Positions 47,101 through 56,336 of a DNA stretch of 64,000 nt are shown piece by piece (positions within the stretch are counted from its first letter, which is position 1; the number at the start of each line of letters is the position of its first letter). The notes under the pieces are model-generated. The model made no database searches. It had not been told where the DNA came from and was given only the letters and a program-made list of their open reading frames with translations. Source of the DNA: Candidatus Zixiibacteriota bacterium (GTDB taxonomy: Bacteria > Zixibacteria > MSB-5A5 > UBA10806 > 4484-95). The DNA is taken from contig JBBIRK010000001.1 in NCBI GenBank assembly GCA_037441845.1, positions 561,284 to 625,283 of the forward strand, read 5' to 3'. The position numbers were made by a program, and so were the translations under genes.

Positions 47101-47971
47101 GATCACCGTCGGGATTGGTGGTCCACTGGAAAGATAAAATGGCGTCGGCGATGGTCCTGGATATTCCACCTCCACGATCGATCGGGGCCGAGGCGATCCA
47201 TTGAGCATCGATAGCCACCCCGATAGTGTCTCCGCTCGGCGTGCGGCCGCAGATAGTCCCCATGGTGTGAGTGCCGTGACCGTTGGAGTCCATCGGATTC
47301 GGAGAATTCGCATACGGATCGTACCAACTTTCTTCGAATGTTCCGTTGCCGTTGACGTCGCCGCGGAATCTTGCGGCAAGCGCTGGATGCGTTCCCGCCA
47401 CGCCCGTATCCATGTTGGATACGACACGGCCGGCGCCGGTGTAGCCCAGCGCCCAGGCGGCCGGCGCGTTTATTCTTTCAAGCCCGATCTCGTGAGTCGT
47501 GATCAGATCGGGATCGGCGCTTTTCGTCTCGACCGGAGCGATTAGCTCTATCGGATAAGCCCAGTATAAATCGCCGATATCGCTTCTCGATGCTATGGCA
47601 TTGATGGCGGTGTTATTGGCAATGGCGATAAACATGTTGGCGATCCAAAGCATTTGATATTTTTCCACATCGCCGTTGATTCGCAGTTGTTCCAGAAAAT
47701 CGGCCACCGCAGGTTGTGTGGCATTGGCCACTTCCTGCAACGCCTCGATTACGCGGCGATTGCGGTCGGCCAGCGTGGCCCTCTCGAGCTTAAGCTGTCT
47801 GTCGAGCGAACTTATATCCGCTTGCTGGCTCAACATGACGACAATTTGCAGTTTCTCGCTGGCGGCCAGACCCTGCATCTTATCCGCCAAGTCGGGCGTA
47901 ATATAGCCCGCCATGAGCGCCGGAGTCGCAAGCAACACCAGCAGCAGACAGACCATTACGTTTTTCAACAT
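44162..47971 (-). CDS. Multidomain S8 serine protease with T9SS/FlgD-type CTD; paralogue of 33938-39094
   Basis: MDTG / HGTHTMGT / SGTSMASPHV; same domain order with one GGPD module; QNYPNPFNP...SGIYFYRL...RKMVMLK. Confidence 0.9.
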   Translation of the reverse strand: MLKNVMVCLLLVLLATPALMAGYITPDLADKMQGLAASEKLQIVVMLSQQADISSLDRQLKLERATLADRNRRVIEALQEVANATQPAVADFLEQLRINGDVEKYQMLWIANMFIAIANNTAINAIASRSDIGDLYWAYPIELIAPVETKSADPDLITTHEIGLERINAPAAWALGYTGAGRVVSNMDTGVAGTHPALAARFRGDVNGNGTFEESWYDPYANSPNPMDSNGHGTHTMGTICGRTPSGDTIGVAIDAQWIASAPIDRGGGISRTIADAILSFQWTTNPDGDPNTQDNPDAVGNSWGIPQSYAHQCDTTFWRVIDNCEAAGTVVVFSAGNESTQGLRSPAARATTLYNCFSVGAVDGSNPQLPLASFSSRGPSLCASGNLAIKPEVVAPGVNVRSAAPSGGYQTMSGTSMASPHVTGSVAVIRQVNPNLDVDAIKEILMSTARDLPFSSPNGEDNLYGHGIIDLYEACLVAQSGYGYVTGYVRDLQQRPIAGASVSVVNSPRRVTTNANGAYFMGLPADTTYNLVAEYFGHVPDSATVTITEDDTVMENFVLTPAPYGFVDGYVKETDSTPIAGAQLTVVGTPLDPVTTNSNGYYIFTNIPGGSNYTIQASAAGHGSGRTTLFVPVNDTVSADFYLQELESFEVNNGGWVGTGGWEWGAPSAGPGQAYDGSNVWADRLAGSYSNNADDTLYTTTFSITDSNATFTFYHWYNFENSYDGGNLAISVDGGATWQVLDPDGGYPDDQITGLEQEPGYTNASNGWLQAVFQVGAYVGQTVKFRFRFGTDGSVTRDGWFIDGVVLNGGINWGALEPSLTGINPTSFNVVLDSGSTVTRPLVLTNGGPGLLNYSAYVLTDGRLRGNPISYPDDENTNDIVKHEVGDLTYYDYAGEKADRNYSFDDGSITDFGGPDGFGYRWIDSNEPQGPDYSWIDITTRGNPIPGLGDDTNVGPFDIGFNFPFYGNEFSTFRFCTNGWISFTSTVTTYSNRVLPSTPEPYNLIAPFWDDLTFATAGTAYYLSTGDSLIVSWHDVPHFGTGGPYTFQIILLASGKIVFQYQTVNSPVNSSTTGIQNSNGSVGLQVAFNQDYLTNELAVEIRYPVFWLTIDPRAGAIFPNESGTINVTFDASELPVGMYTGSIQIITNDPDHQSVSVPCTLQVVRTDIAENDGALPAVFSLAQNYPNPFNPTTEISFGLPTAGPVKLEIFDIVGRKVKTLVNREMAAGVHKVIWDGRNEEGGSVGSGIYFYRLSSGDNSIARKMVMLK

Positions 47972-48472
47972 CGAAAACTCCTTTGTTTGATATTATTAAC
48001 GACGATTTTTCAAACCAGAGCACAGCCCTATGAATGTTACTCTCCGTATGGCATTAGGCAAAAAATATGCCTTAGACCGTCTTCATGCAAGCGTTTAATT
48101 CGATTTGATAATAATAAGTTATACTGAAACGAAATAATAACGAATTCCGCCGGCGTTATTTATATTCACACCGCTGGGGCTGACAGCTTATTGTATTGAC
48201 AATAAACAACTTAGTCTGCCGTATTGAGATATTGGACATAACAGTGTGAGATTATGGAGCAGGTGCCGACCAAGATATTTCGACAATGTAATTTGATTTT
48301 CTCTACAGTAGATTGAAAAAAAGCGGTCAATTCGGTTAAACAATAGATTTTAATAGCTGCATATAATTGCAGGTTTTGATTGCATTTTATCCGTTAACTT
48401 CACTTCGGATTCAACCGACGACCTCCCCGAACCCCTCAACGCATTTGCCACGAATCTCCGCTAATCCACGAA

Positions 48473-49198
48473 TCATTCCCGCTTATCTATCAAGGTTTCC
48501 GTCGATTCTGCCGGTATCGTCTCGAGCGAAAGTTGGCCGTCTCCATCTATCCGGCCGATAAAAGATTGCCGCGCTTGGGCCTCCCGGAACAACGTCTTGA
48601 ATTTATTGACGTTGAAAAAGCGCCCCAACCAACCGTAACGACCGATGGCCTCTGCAAGTTTCGATTCGGCACCTGGGAGCTGGGTTCTGTCGAATATGAA
48701 ATCATCGGGTCTCGACCGCCACGACTGGCTGCGATCGGCCACGGCATCCGTGATCGCAAAACATCTTTCTCCATCGAAAAGAAGACGTGCCAATCCTTTT
48801 ATTCTTACCGCTTGTCCCTCGATCCGCCATCTGTCACCCGAAAGATAAAATGCGGGCGGCGCCTTGGTTGTGTCCTGACCCGGATAACTTACCACGAATT
48901 TCATCGATTTCACCGGATCGTCGGTTTGCCAGACATCGATTCGAAAACAGACTCTGTTTTCGCCGAATTTGCGAAAAAACCTCAGATTATCCGCAGCCCA
49001 AAAAAGCGCCCAGGAAACAACCAGAGCAACCAGCGCCGCCAGAATTGCCGCGATACTTGCATCCCGAGGCGGCCGACGTACACTATGACCCCGTGAGTAA
49101 TAGCTGGTTCGACGAAGCTGCCTATAGAGAAACCACAATAGAAGCAATAAGCCCAAAGCAAGCAGGACGCCGGCTATGGTGATCGTGCGGGATATCAC
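48473..49198 (-). CDS. Hypothetical membrane protein (two N-terminal TM segments)
   Basis: GTG start with GGAG RBS just after the bactofilin stop; two hydrophobic helices; F.LSGDRWRIEG..VR motif. Confidence 0.7.
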   Translation of the reverse strand: MISRTITIAGVLLALGLLLLLWFLYRQLRRTSYYSRGHSVRRPPRDASIAAILAALVALVVSWALFWAADNLRFFRKFGENRVCFRIDVWQTDDPVKSMKFVVSYPGQDTTKAPPAFYLSGDRWRIEGQAVRIKGLARLLFDGERCFAITDAVADRSQSWRSRPDDFIFDRTQLPGAESKLAEAIGRYGWLGRFFNVNKFKTLFREAQARQSFIGRIDGDGQLSLETIPAESTETLIDKRE

Positions 49199-49210
49199 CT
49201 GCTCCCGTCC

Positions 49211-49615
49211 CTACGTCTGTTTGGTCGCCGGGCTGCCGGAAACGGTATGGTTTTCTTTGCCCGGGATCGATTCGTTCAGCATGCGCGAACTGCCGTGAAA
49301 CAACGCCCCGTGTTCGATCAGAAGCGACTTGGCCACCAGATCGCCTTTGAATTCGGCTTTGGCTTGAAGCTCGATTTTCTCGAGCGCCTCGAGGTTGCCG
49401 TGCACCTTGCCGCCCACGATAATCGATTTAGCCTTGATATCCGCCTTGACCTCGCCGCTGGTTCCGATGGTAACCATGTCGTTGGAAATCAGTTTCCCGT
49501 TTAAGGTCCCATCGATACGAGTCGATCCCTCCACGATCAGCGAGCCTTCCACTTTGGAACCCTTGCCGATTATCGTGTCGAGCTTACCTTCGTAACGCAC
49601 TTCTTTGTCAGCCAT
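49211..49615 (-). CDS. Bactofilin (polymer-forming cytoskeletal CcmA family)
   Basis: TIIGKGSKVEGSL...RIDG..NG...IG.SGEVKADI...V.GN...GDL....L.IE.GA.F.G. Confidence 0.92.
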   Translation of the reverse strand: MADKEVRYEGKLDTIIGKGSKVEGSLIVEGSTRIDGTLNGKLISNDMVTIGTSGEVKADIKAKSIIVGGKVHGNLEALEKIELQAKAEFKGDLVAKSLLIEHGALFHGSSRMLNESIPGKENHTVSGSPATKQT

Positions 49616-49657
49616 TAATGCTATCCCTCCTCGGATTTGTCCGACAAGTCGGAAAAA

Positions 49658-50458
49658 TTATTCTATGTAAGGCGAGGGGTCAACCGGCTCGCCGTTTTTC
49701 AATATCCCATAGTGAAGATGGGGGGCAGTGGAACGCCCCGTATTTCCGGAAAGCGCTATCGCCTGGCCGCGATAAACCCGATCGCCGGCGCTGATCAGTA
49801 TTTTCTGATTGTGTCCATAAACCGTTCGGAACTCGTTGCCGTGATCGATTATCACCAGGAAGCCGTAGTCTTTATCCCAGCCCGCGAACACCACTTCGCC
49901 GGTCGCCGTAGCCACCACCGGCGTTCCCTCTCTTACGGCGATATCGATACCGTCGTGCTTGCCCCGCGAGGCCGTCGAATCGGCGATGAACTGACGCGTT
50001 ATCCAGCCATAGAGCGGCCGCCCCCGCGGAACCCGCGCTTTCTCCAGCTCCTCATCGCTTGCCAGCGGATTGTCGCCGGCCAAACCGGAGACCACTTGCC
50101 GGCGGTTGGTATCGGCGATCGAGTCGAAAACCGGCAGCAGCCCCGGACTGATTTGTTCGAGCTCGATACCGGCAAGAGCCGCTATGCGGGCGGTCAGTTC
50201 GCGGTTCTTTTGAAAACTTTTTTCGATTTCGACCACCCGGATATTGTAATCGCGCAGCCGTTCGTTTTCCTGGCGCAGTTCTTCGCTCAAACGCGCCTGA
50301 TAAGCGAGGCGGCCGTAAAAAATCGTAAAAATCAGCAGAATCAATATCCAGCCGGCAGCCGCTCCGGCGATAATTTTCAAGGCCAGAGTCGAAACCCGAA
50401 AATTGTGACTCGGATGACCGCCCTCGGGAATAATCAACAGATTAATATACTTCTTCAT
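49658..50458 (-). CDS. M23 family peptidase
   Basis: N-terminal TM helix and coiled coil; HDGIDI, YGH, GNTGRSTAPHLHY. Confidence 0.92.
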   Translation of the reverse strand: MKKYINLLIIPEGGHPSHNFRVSTLALKIIAGAAAGWILILLIFTIFYGRLAYQARLSEELRQENERLRDYNIRVVEIEKSFQKNRELTARIAALAGIELEQISPGLLPVFDSIADTNRRQVVSGLAGDNPLASDEELEKARVPRGRPLYGWITRQFIADSTASRGKHDGIDIAVREGTPVVATATGEVVFAGWDKDYGFLVIIDHGNEFRTVYGHNQKILISAGDRVYRGQAIALSGNTGRSTAPHLHYGILKNGEPVDPSPYIE

Positions 50459-51315
50459 TTTCGGTCAAAAAGCCTTAATATGTCAATAATTCTTGACAGC
50501 CCCTCGTTGTCGTAATATTCGATAACGATTTTTCCGCCGCGCTTTTTCGGCCTTATCGAAACTTTCGTTCCCAGAAGCCGCCTTAGCGCATCCTCGATCG
50601 GCCGCATGCGGTCATCCGGGGCCGACGATTCGCCGGTCGAAGTTCTTCTTTTTCCGTAAACGATCTGTTCGAGTTCGCGCACCGACAACCTACCGCTAAC
50701 AGCTTTATCGGCAAGCTCGATTTTTTCTTTCTCTCCCGGGACCGCCAGAATCACTCTGGCCGCGCCCTCGCTGAGCCTGCCGGCGGCGATATATCCCTTG
50801 ACCTTGTCCGGCAAGGAAAGAAGACGTAAAGTATTCGATACACTGGAACGGTCTTTGCCGATTCGTTCGGCCAGTTCGTTCTGGGTGATTCCGCACTCCT
50901 GAATCAACGTGCGGAAAGCCTCGGCTTCCTCGAGAGGATTCAGGTTTTCCCTCTGGATATTTTCGATTAAAGCAAGCTCCATCACGTCGCGTTTGGAGAC
51001 TTCGTCGAAAACGATCGCCGGCAGTTTTTCCATCTGCAGATAATGGGCGGCGCGTAGTCTTCTTTCGCCGACAATAAGCTCGAAATCGGAGCCGGCGCGC
51101 CTGACCACCAAAGGCTGAACCAGTCCCTTTTGTTTGATCGAGTCGGCCAACTCTTTGATTTTTTCTTCGGCGAACGCTTTGCGCGGCTGATAGGGGTTCG
51201 GCCTGATTCTCGATATTTCGATATCGACCACCGAGTGACCGGGTCCGCTTTCCGCGGATTGTTCGACCACCGGTATGAGTGCATCGAGGCCGCGGCCCAA
51301 TGCCAATCTTTTCAT
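50455..51315 (-). CDS. parB: Chromosome partitioning protein ParB
   Basis: LGRGLDALI, PNPYQPR, GERRLRA, ENIQRENLNPLEEA, HTH GKDRSSVSNTLRLL. Confidence 0.96.
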   Translation of the reverse strand: MKRLALGRGLDALIPVVEQSAESGPGHSVVDIEISRIRPNPYQPRKAFAEEKIKELADSIKQKGLVQPLVVRRAGSDFELIVGERRLRAAHYLQMEKLPAIVFDEVSKRDVMELALIENIQRENLNPLEEAEAFRTLIQECGITQNELAERIGKDRSSVSNTLRLLSLPDKVKGYIAAGRLSEGAARVILAVPGEKEKIELADKAVSGRLSVRELEQIVYGKRRTSTGESSAPDDRMRPIEDALRRLLGTKVSIRPKKRGGKIVIEYYDNEGLSRIIDILRLFDRK

Positions 51316-52076
51316 CTGGATAACACCTCCCTGGCGAAACGAATATAATTTTTCGCTCCCGAGGATTCAATATCATAAAGCAAGATAGGCTTGCCGAATC
51401 CGGGCGCCTCCGATAATCTCACGTTGCGGTTTATTACCGTTTCATAGACTTTATCGTTGAAAAATTTCCTGGCGTTCTCGGCAACTTGACGCGAGAGGCT
51501 CAGCCGGTTGTCATACATGGTTAACAATACGCCATGAATTTGCAGTCCGGGATTCAGATGTTTTTGAACCAGTCCGATCGTGTTCATAAGTTGGCTCAAT
51601 CCCTCCAAGGCATAGAACTCGCATTGGATAGGTATAATGACACTGTCGGCCGTGGTCAATGCGTTCAGAGTCAAGAGTCCCAGCGACGGCGGACAATCGA
51701 TTATGATGAACTCATAATCTGAAACGATTGCGGCGATCGCTCTTTTAAGCCGATACTCTCTTTCCGGAACGTTTACCAATTCGATTTCCGCTCCGACCAG
51801 ATTTATATTGGCCGGCAGCAAGTGCAGGTATTTGATTTCGGTTTCGATTATGGCGCTTTCCGCCGACAGATCGGTTACCATCACCTCATAGATCGAACTA
51901 CTTATATTTTTTTTATCGAGCCCCATGCCCGAGGTGGTGTTGGCCTGCGGATCGATATCGATCAGCAAAGTTTTATGTTCGGCCACCGCCAGGCAGCTGG
52001 ATAGATTTATAGCCGTGGTCGTTTTGCCGACCCCGCCCTTTTGATTGGCGATCGCAAAAATCTTCCCCATTTTCAT
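51312..52076 (-). CDS. parA: Chromosome partitioning ATPase ParA/Soj
   Basis: NQKGGVGKTTT, DIDPQAN, IDCPPSLG, QCEFYALEG, RNVRLSEAP. Confidence 0.96.
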   Translation of the reverse strand: MKMGKIFAIANQKGGVGKTTTAINLSSCLAVAEHKTLLIDIDPQANTTSGMGLDKKNISSSIYEVMVTDLSAESAIIETEIKYLHLLPANINLVGAEIELVNVPEREYRLKRAIAAIVSDYEFIIIDCPPSLGLLTLNALTTADSVIIPIQCEFYALEGLSQLMNTIGLVQKHLNPGLQIHGVLLTMYDNRLSLSRQVAENARKFFNDKVYETVINRNVRLSEAPGFGKPILLYDIESSGAKNYIRFAREVLSR

Positions 52077-52137
52077 TCCGCCGTTAGGTTTTTCGCAGAG
52101 AATTTTATATCATTATTTCCGCGAACGCAAGCAAAGT

Positions 52138-52153
52138 TGTTTCACGTGAAACG
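52138..52153. promoter_or_regulatory. parS centromere site
   Basis: TGTTTCACGTGAAACG, 15/16 match to TGTTTCACGTGAAACA, just upstream of parA. Confidence 0.9.
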
Positions 52154-52244
52154 TTTTTTATCGAATTTTCGAAAGCGGAAAATTGGATTTTCAGGTTTTT
52201 CGCCTGCTTTATTGCCTGAAGATCCGGCTTCTCACAATCGAGGC

Positions 52245-52793
52245 TTAAATCGTCAGCGTCTCTATATCGCCCAATTTGCGGAAATGTAGAATCACGCCGT
52301 TATCGTTCAACCGGCCGCGCACGATTTCCAGCAGCTCTTTTTTGTTGCAGACGGCGCGCGCCAAAACTATATCGTATTTGGCGTCGTCGGATTCCCATCG
52401 TCGATTGCGAACCTCGACATTCGCTAAATTTAACTTCTCAACCACCCTGTTTAAGAAAAGAGCTTTCAAGCGTCGTGATTCATAAAGGACAAATCTGGTC
52501 TGCGGTCGAGCGATTGCCACCGGGATCCCCGGGAAACCAGCCCCGCTGCCGATATCGGCCGCTTTAGACCCCGGGGGAAACGGGTGGCAGCCGAGCACGG
52601 TCAAGGAATCCAAAAGATGTCGTTCCACGAGTTTGTCGAGGTCGTTGCGCGAAATAAGGTTCATTCGATTGGATTCTTTCCTTATATAGGATAGATAGTC
52701 CAGCATTGCGGTTAACTGACTTGGGGTAAATCGTTCGCCGTGCTCTACAGCCCAGGTCTCGATCGGTGCAATCTCGTCATTTTCCCATTTCAT
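52245..52793 (-). CDS. rsmG: 16S rRNA m7G527 methyltransferase
   Basis: NLIS, RHLLDSL, DIGSGAGFPGIP, ARAV; lies between mnmG and parA. Confidence 0.93.
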   Translation of the reverse strand: MKWENDEIAPIETWAVEHGERFTPSQLTAMLDYLSYIRKESNRMNLISRNDLDKLVERHLLDSLTVLGCHPFPPGSKAADIGSGAGFPGIPVAIARPQTRFVLYESRRLKALFLNRVVEKLNLANVEVRNRRWESDDAKYDIVLARAVCNKKELLEIVRGRLNDNGVILHFRKLGDIETLTI

Positions 52794-52799
52794 GCCGGC

Positions 52800-54608
52800 C
52801 TACTTTTTCAGATGCACCATTAAAAGTGCTATGTCGCCCGGGGAGACTCCTGAAATCCTCGATGCCTGTCCGATGGTAATCGGACGGAAACGGGCGAGTT
52901 TTTCTCTGGCTTCTTTTTTAAGCCCGGTTATTCGGGAATAGTCGAACCAATGCGGTATTTTGTGCGACTCGAGATTAAGGTAGCGCTCCAGCTGAAGTTT
53001 CTGTCGTTCGATATAACCCTCGTATTTGATATCGATAAGCGCACCCTCGATAACTTTCCTGCCTATGTTGTCGATCGGTCCGAGGGCAGCGAGAATATCG
53101 GCAATATCGATATCGTTTCTTTTTGCCGCTTCCGCCACCGTGATCGTTTGGTTCGGTGTTTTCAGGGTAAGCTTTCGCGCCCTAAATTCGGCATTTAGTC
53201 TCTTTCTTGCAGCTGATTCCGCCTCGATTTTCACTCGGTCTTTTTCACCGATCAGGCCGAGTTTGATACCGATTCCGGACAATCTGTCCTTAGCGTTATC
53301 TTCGCGAAGATGCAATCGATACTCGGCTCTCGAGGTGAACATTCGATACGGCTCGGCCGTCGATTTGGTGGTCAGGTCGTCGATAAGGACCCCGATATAC
53401 GCCTGCGATCGATTCAAAATAAGCGGCTTTTCCCCCCTAATTTTCAAGGCAGCATTTATTCCGGCGATCAATCCTTGGGCGGCGGCCTCTTCATAGCCCG
53501 ACGTACCATTTATTTGACCCGCCATGAATAACCCGGGAAGTCGCTTGGTTTCAAGACTCGGCAGAAGTTGATAAGGCGGAAAATAATCGTATTCTATGGC
53601 ATAGGCGGGGCGATTGAATTGCACCCGTTCCAACCCCTGAACCGTCCTGACCGCCTCGATTTGGACCTCCTCAGGCAGAGACGATGAGAAGCCGTTGAGA
53701 TAGTACTCATCGCCCGCTACACTTTCCGGCTCAAGAAAAAGCTGATGTTGTTCTTTTTCGGCGAAACGAACCACTTTATCCTCGATCGAGGGGCAATATC
53801 TCGGGCCGACACCTTTGATTCGGCCTCCATACATAGCTGACTTATCGAGATTCCGGCGGATTATTTCGTGGGTGCGGTGGTTCGTATGGGTTAGATGACA
53901 AACTATTTGATTTCTGACCGGGCATGTCGTGCGCCAGGAAAATGCCGGCGGTGGTTCGTCGCCCGGCTGCGGAAGGCATTTTGATAGATCTATTGTGTTG
54001 CCCTTGAGGCGTGGGGGCGTGCCGGTTTTCAAACGTCCGCTCTCGAAACCGAGATCCACGAGAAATTCGGTGAGTCCGCGCGAGGGTTTTTCGCCGATTC
54101 TGCCGGCCGGGATTTTTCTTTCGCCGATATGTATCAGTCCGTTCAAGAAAGTTCCGCAGGTTATTATCACCGCCTTGGCGCTTATTGTTTCACGTGAAAC
54201 CAAAGTTACGCCGCAACAGACTCCGTCGACTATCTTCAGTCCGACCACGTCATCCTCGATAACCATCAGTTTCGACTGAGAGTTAACCGCAGCGGTCATG
54301 TTTTCTCTGTAAAGATTGCGATCCACTTGAACGCGATGCGCTTGAACTGCCGGGCCACGACTTCTATTCAAAATTCTGAATTGTAATCCCGATAGGTCGG
54401 TGCAGTATCCCATCTCACCGCCCAGAGCATCGATTTCACACACCAAGTGTCCCTTGGCCAACCCACCCACCGCCGGATTGCAGCTCATCTGGGCGATTTT
54501 ATTGGTGTCGAGAGTTATGAGAGCAGTATCGATTCCGAGACGTGCCCCAGCCAAAGCCGCCTCGCAACCGGCGTGACCGGCGCCTACAACTATCAATTCG
54601 AAATCCAT
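52800..54608 (-). CDS. mnmG: tRNA uridine-5-carboxymethylaminomethyl modification enzyme MnmG (GidA)
   Basis: [69 protein letters not shown]. Confidence 0.97.
   Translation of the reverse strand: MDFELIVVGAGHAGCEAALAGARLGIDTALITLDTNKIAQMSCNPAVGGLAKGHLVCEIDALGGEMGYCTDLSGLQFRILNRSRGPAVQAHRVQVDRNLYRENMTAAVNSQSKLMVIEDDVVGLKIVDGVCCGVTLVSRETISAKAVIITCGTFLNGLIHIGERKIPAGRIGEKPSRGLTEFLVDLGFESGRLKTGTPPRLKGNTIDLSKCLPQPGDEPPPAFSWRTTCPVRNQIVCHLTHTNHRTHEIIRRNLDKSAMYGGRIKGVGPRYCPSIEDKVVRFAEKEQHQLFLEPESVAGDEYYLNGFSSSLPEEVQIEAVRTVQGLERVQFNRPAYAIEYDYFPPYQLLPSLETKRLPGLFMAGQINGTSGYEEAAAQGLIAGINAALKIRGEKPLILNRSQAYIGVLIDDLTTKSTAEPYRMFTSRAEYRLHLREDNAKDRLSGIGIKLGLIGEKDRVKIEAESAARKRLNAEFRARKLTLKTPNQTITVAEAAKRNDIDIADILAALGPIDNIGRKVIEGALIDIKYEGYIERQKLQLERYLNLESHKIPHWFDYSRITGLKKEAREKLARFRPITIGQASRISGVSPGDIALLMVHLKK
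54186..54201. promoter_or_regulatory. parS site inside mnmG
   Basis: TGTTTCACGTGAAACC, 15/16 match; encodes VSRET in MnmG. Confidence 0.85.
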
Positions 54609-54730
54609 GTGGAAATCCTGTGGAAAGTGTTGAGAAGTTTTCGCCCTAATCTAATTATTCGACAAGGAAGGAGTTCGGTAATCATTCAATTATTATTGAA
54701 TTAGGTTTTGCTAATTATCAGAATTTACTG

Positions 54731-56089
54731 CTACTTACCAATACAAAACCGACTAAATATCGAATTTAAAATATCCTCGCTTGTAACTTTCCCGAGCAGT
54801 TCGGCCAAGGAATCGAGCGCCTCGCGTAACTCAACAGAGAGCACTTCCTCGGGTTCTCCTTGCTTGACGCTTTCTATTGCTCTGACGATATGTTCTCGCG
54901 TTCGTTGGGCGCATAGAAACTGTCTTTGCGAAAGAAGGATTCCGGCTTCATCGCTGATTTCAACCGCAACAAGCTTGCTCAGTGCATCGATCAGTTCGGG
55001 GATTCCGCTACCGGTTTTGGCAGAGACCTTGACAATTTTGGCATTGTCGGCCATTTGGACTTGAAGAGGAGCATCCTGCGGGAGTATATCGATTTTCGTA
55101 ACCACCAGTATATACTTGCGGTTACTGATTTTTTCAAGAATGGTCAGTTCGGTAGAGGAAAGTTCTCTGCCGCATTCGACGGCCATCAATAAAATATCCG
55201 AATTGTCGATCAATTCGTTTGTTCTTCTGATACCTTCCATTTCGATGTCTTGAGCATCTTCTCTGATTCCCGCAGTGTCGATAAGTTTGACTGGGAAGCC
55301 GGCCAGGTCCAGATAATCGGCGATATAATCGCGGGTGGTCCCCGGTTCGGGGCTTGTTATTGCACGATCCGCTCTCAAAAGGGCGTTAAAAAGAGTCGAT
55401 TTTCCCACGTTTGCATCTCCGATAATCGCTATCTGCATTTCGCCGGATACCAGTCGGCCGAAATCATAGTTATTGGTGAGCCGGGAAAGCTCCTCGTCGA
55501 TCGGCTCAAGCGATTCCAGTAACGATTTTTTCGACAACCTGGTTATCTCATCTTCGACAAAATCGATTTGCGCTTCGATCACTGTCAACAGCTCGATTAG
55601 TTGCGTTTCGATTTTTTTGAGTCTTTTATGAAGTTTTCCGGCGAGATTATCCAGGGCGATTAGGCCCGAGCGTTCGGTTCGGGCTTTGATTATGGTATCG
55701 ACGGCCTCCGCTTGTGTCAAATCGAGTTTACCATTGAGGAAGGCGCGCAACGTGAACTCGCCCGGTCGCGCCGGCCTGGCTCCATTGGCGCATGCGGCCG
55801 CGAGAACCCGCTCGGGCACGACCCGGCCGCCGTGACAAACGATTTCGAGCATATCTTCGCCGGTGTAGCTTGCCGGGGCGCGATAATAGATCGCCACCAC
55901 GGTGTCGATAATTCGACCATTGCCATCGCCCAAAGCTGTGTAGGCGGCGTACCTTTCTTTCGGGCGGCCCCCGGCCAACAACCTGCCGGCGATTTCCGCC
56001 GAGGCGGGGCCGGAAAGCCGAACCACCGCCAGGGCGCTTTCCCCGGGCGGCGTGGCGATCGCCGCTATTGTGTCAATCGTATTGAACAT
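54731..56089 (-). CDS. mnmE: tRNA modification GTPase MnmE (TrmE)
   Basis: DTIAAIATPPG, SYTGED, GEFTLRAFLNGKLDL.QAE, NVGKSTL, GTTRD, DTAG, C-terminal FCIGK. Confidence 0.96.
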   Translation of the reverse strand: MFNTIDTIAAIATPPGESALAVVRLSGPASAEIAGRLLAGGRPKERYAAYTALGDGNGRIIDTVVAIYYRAPASYTGEDMLEIVCHGGRVVPERVLAAACANGARPARPGEFTLRAFLNGKLDLTQAEAVDTIIKARTERSGLIALDNLAGKLHKRLKKIETQLIELLTVIEAQIDFVEDEITRLSKKSLLESLEPIDEELSRLTNNYDFGRLVSGEMQIAIIGDANVGKSTLFNALLRADRAITSPEPGTTRDYIADYLDLAGFPVKLIDTAGIREDAQDIEMEGIRRTNELIDNSDILLMAVECGRELSSTELTILEKISNRKYILVVTKIDILPQDAPLQVQMADNAKIVKVSAKTGSGIPELIDALSKLVAVEISDEAGILLSQRQFLCAQRTREHIVRAIESVKQGEPEEVLSVELREALDSLAELLGKVTSEDILNSIFSRFCIGK

Positions 56090-56336
56090 CTGCAATCATC
56101 CAAAACGGACAAGCCTTGCACGCGCAAACCAACCGGTAACGATAAATCTGCCCGCCGGGACGGAAACAAAAATAATCGGCCGGCACGTTTTTGCAAGCCG
56201 TTTTTTGCGGACACGAGAATGCCGCCGATCCCGACACATATCCTGCTGAATCGGTCTAATTCCGCGATCGAGGTTCCGGGAAAGTGTGGCGATTCATTAT
56301 ATCGTGTTCGAGAAAGTGAATACCGCAAATGCTATA

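Noticed and set aside
33938..47971. Active invertible switch or DGR between the S8 paralogues or dockerin copies
   Set aside because: Differences are spread over synonymous positions and are not adenine-specific; no recombinase or reverse transcriptase is in the window.
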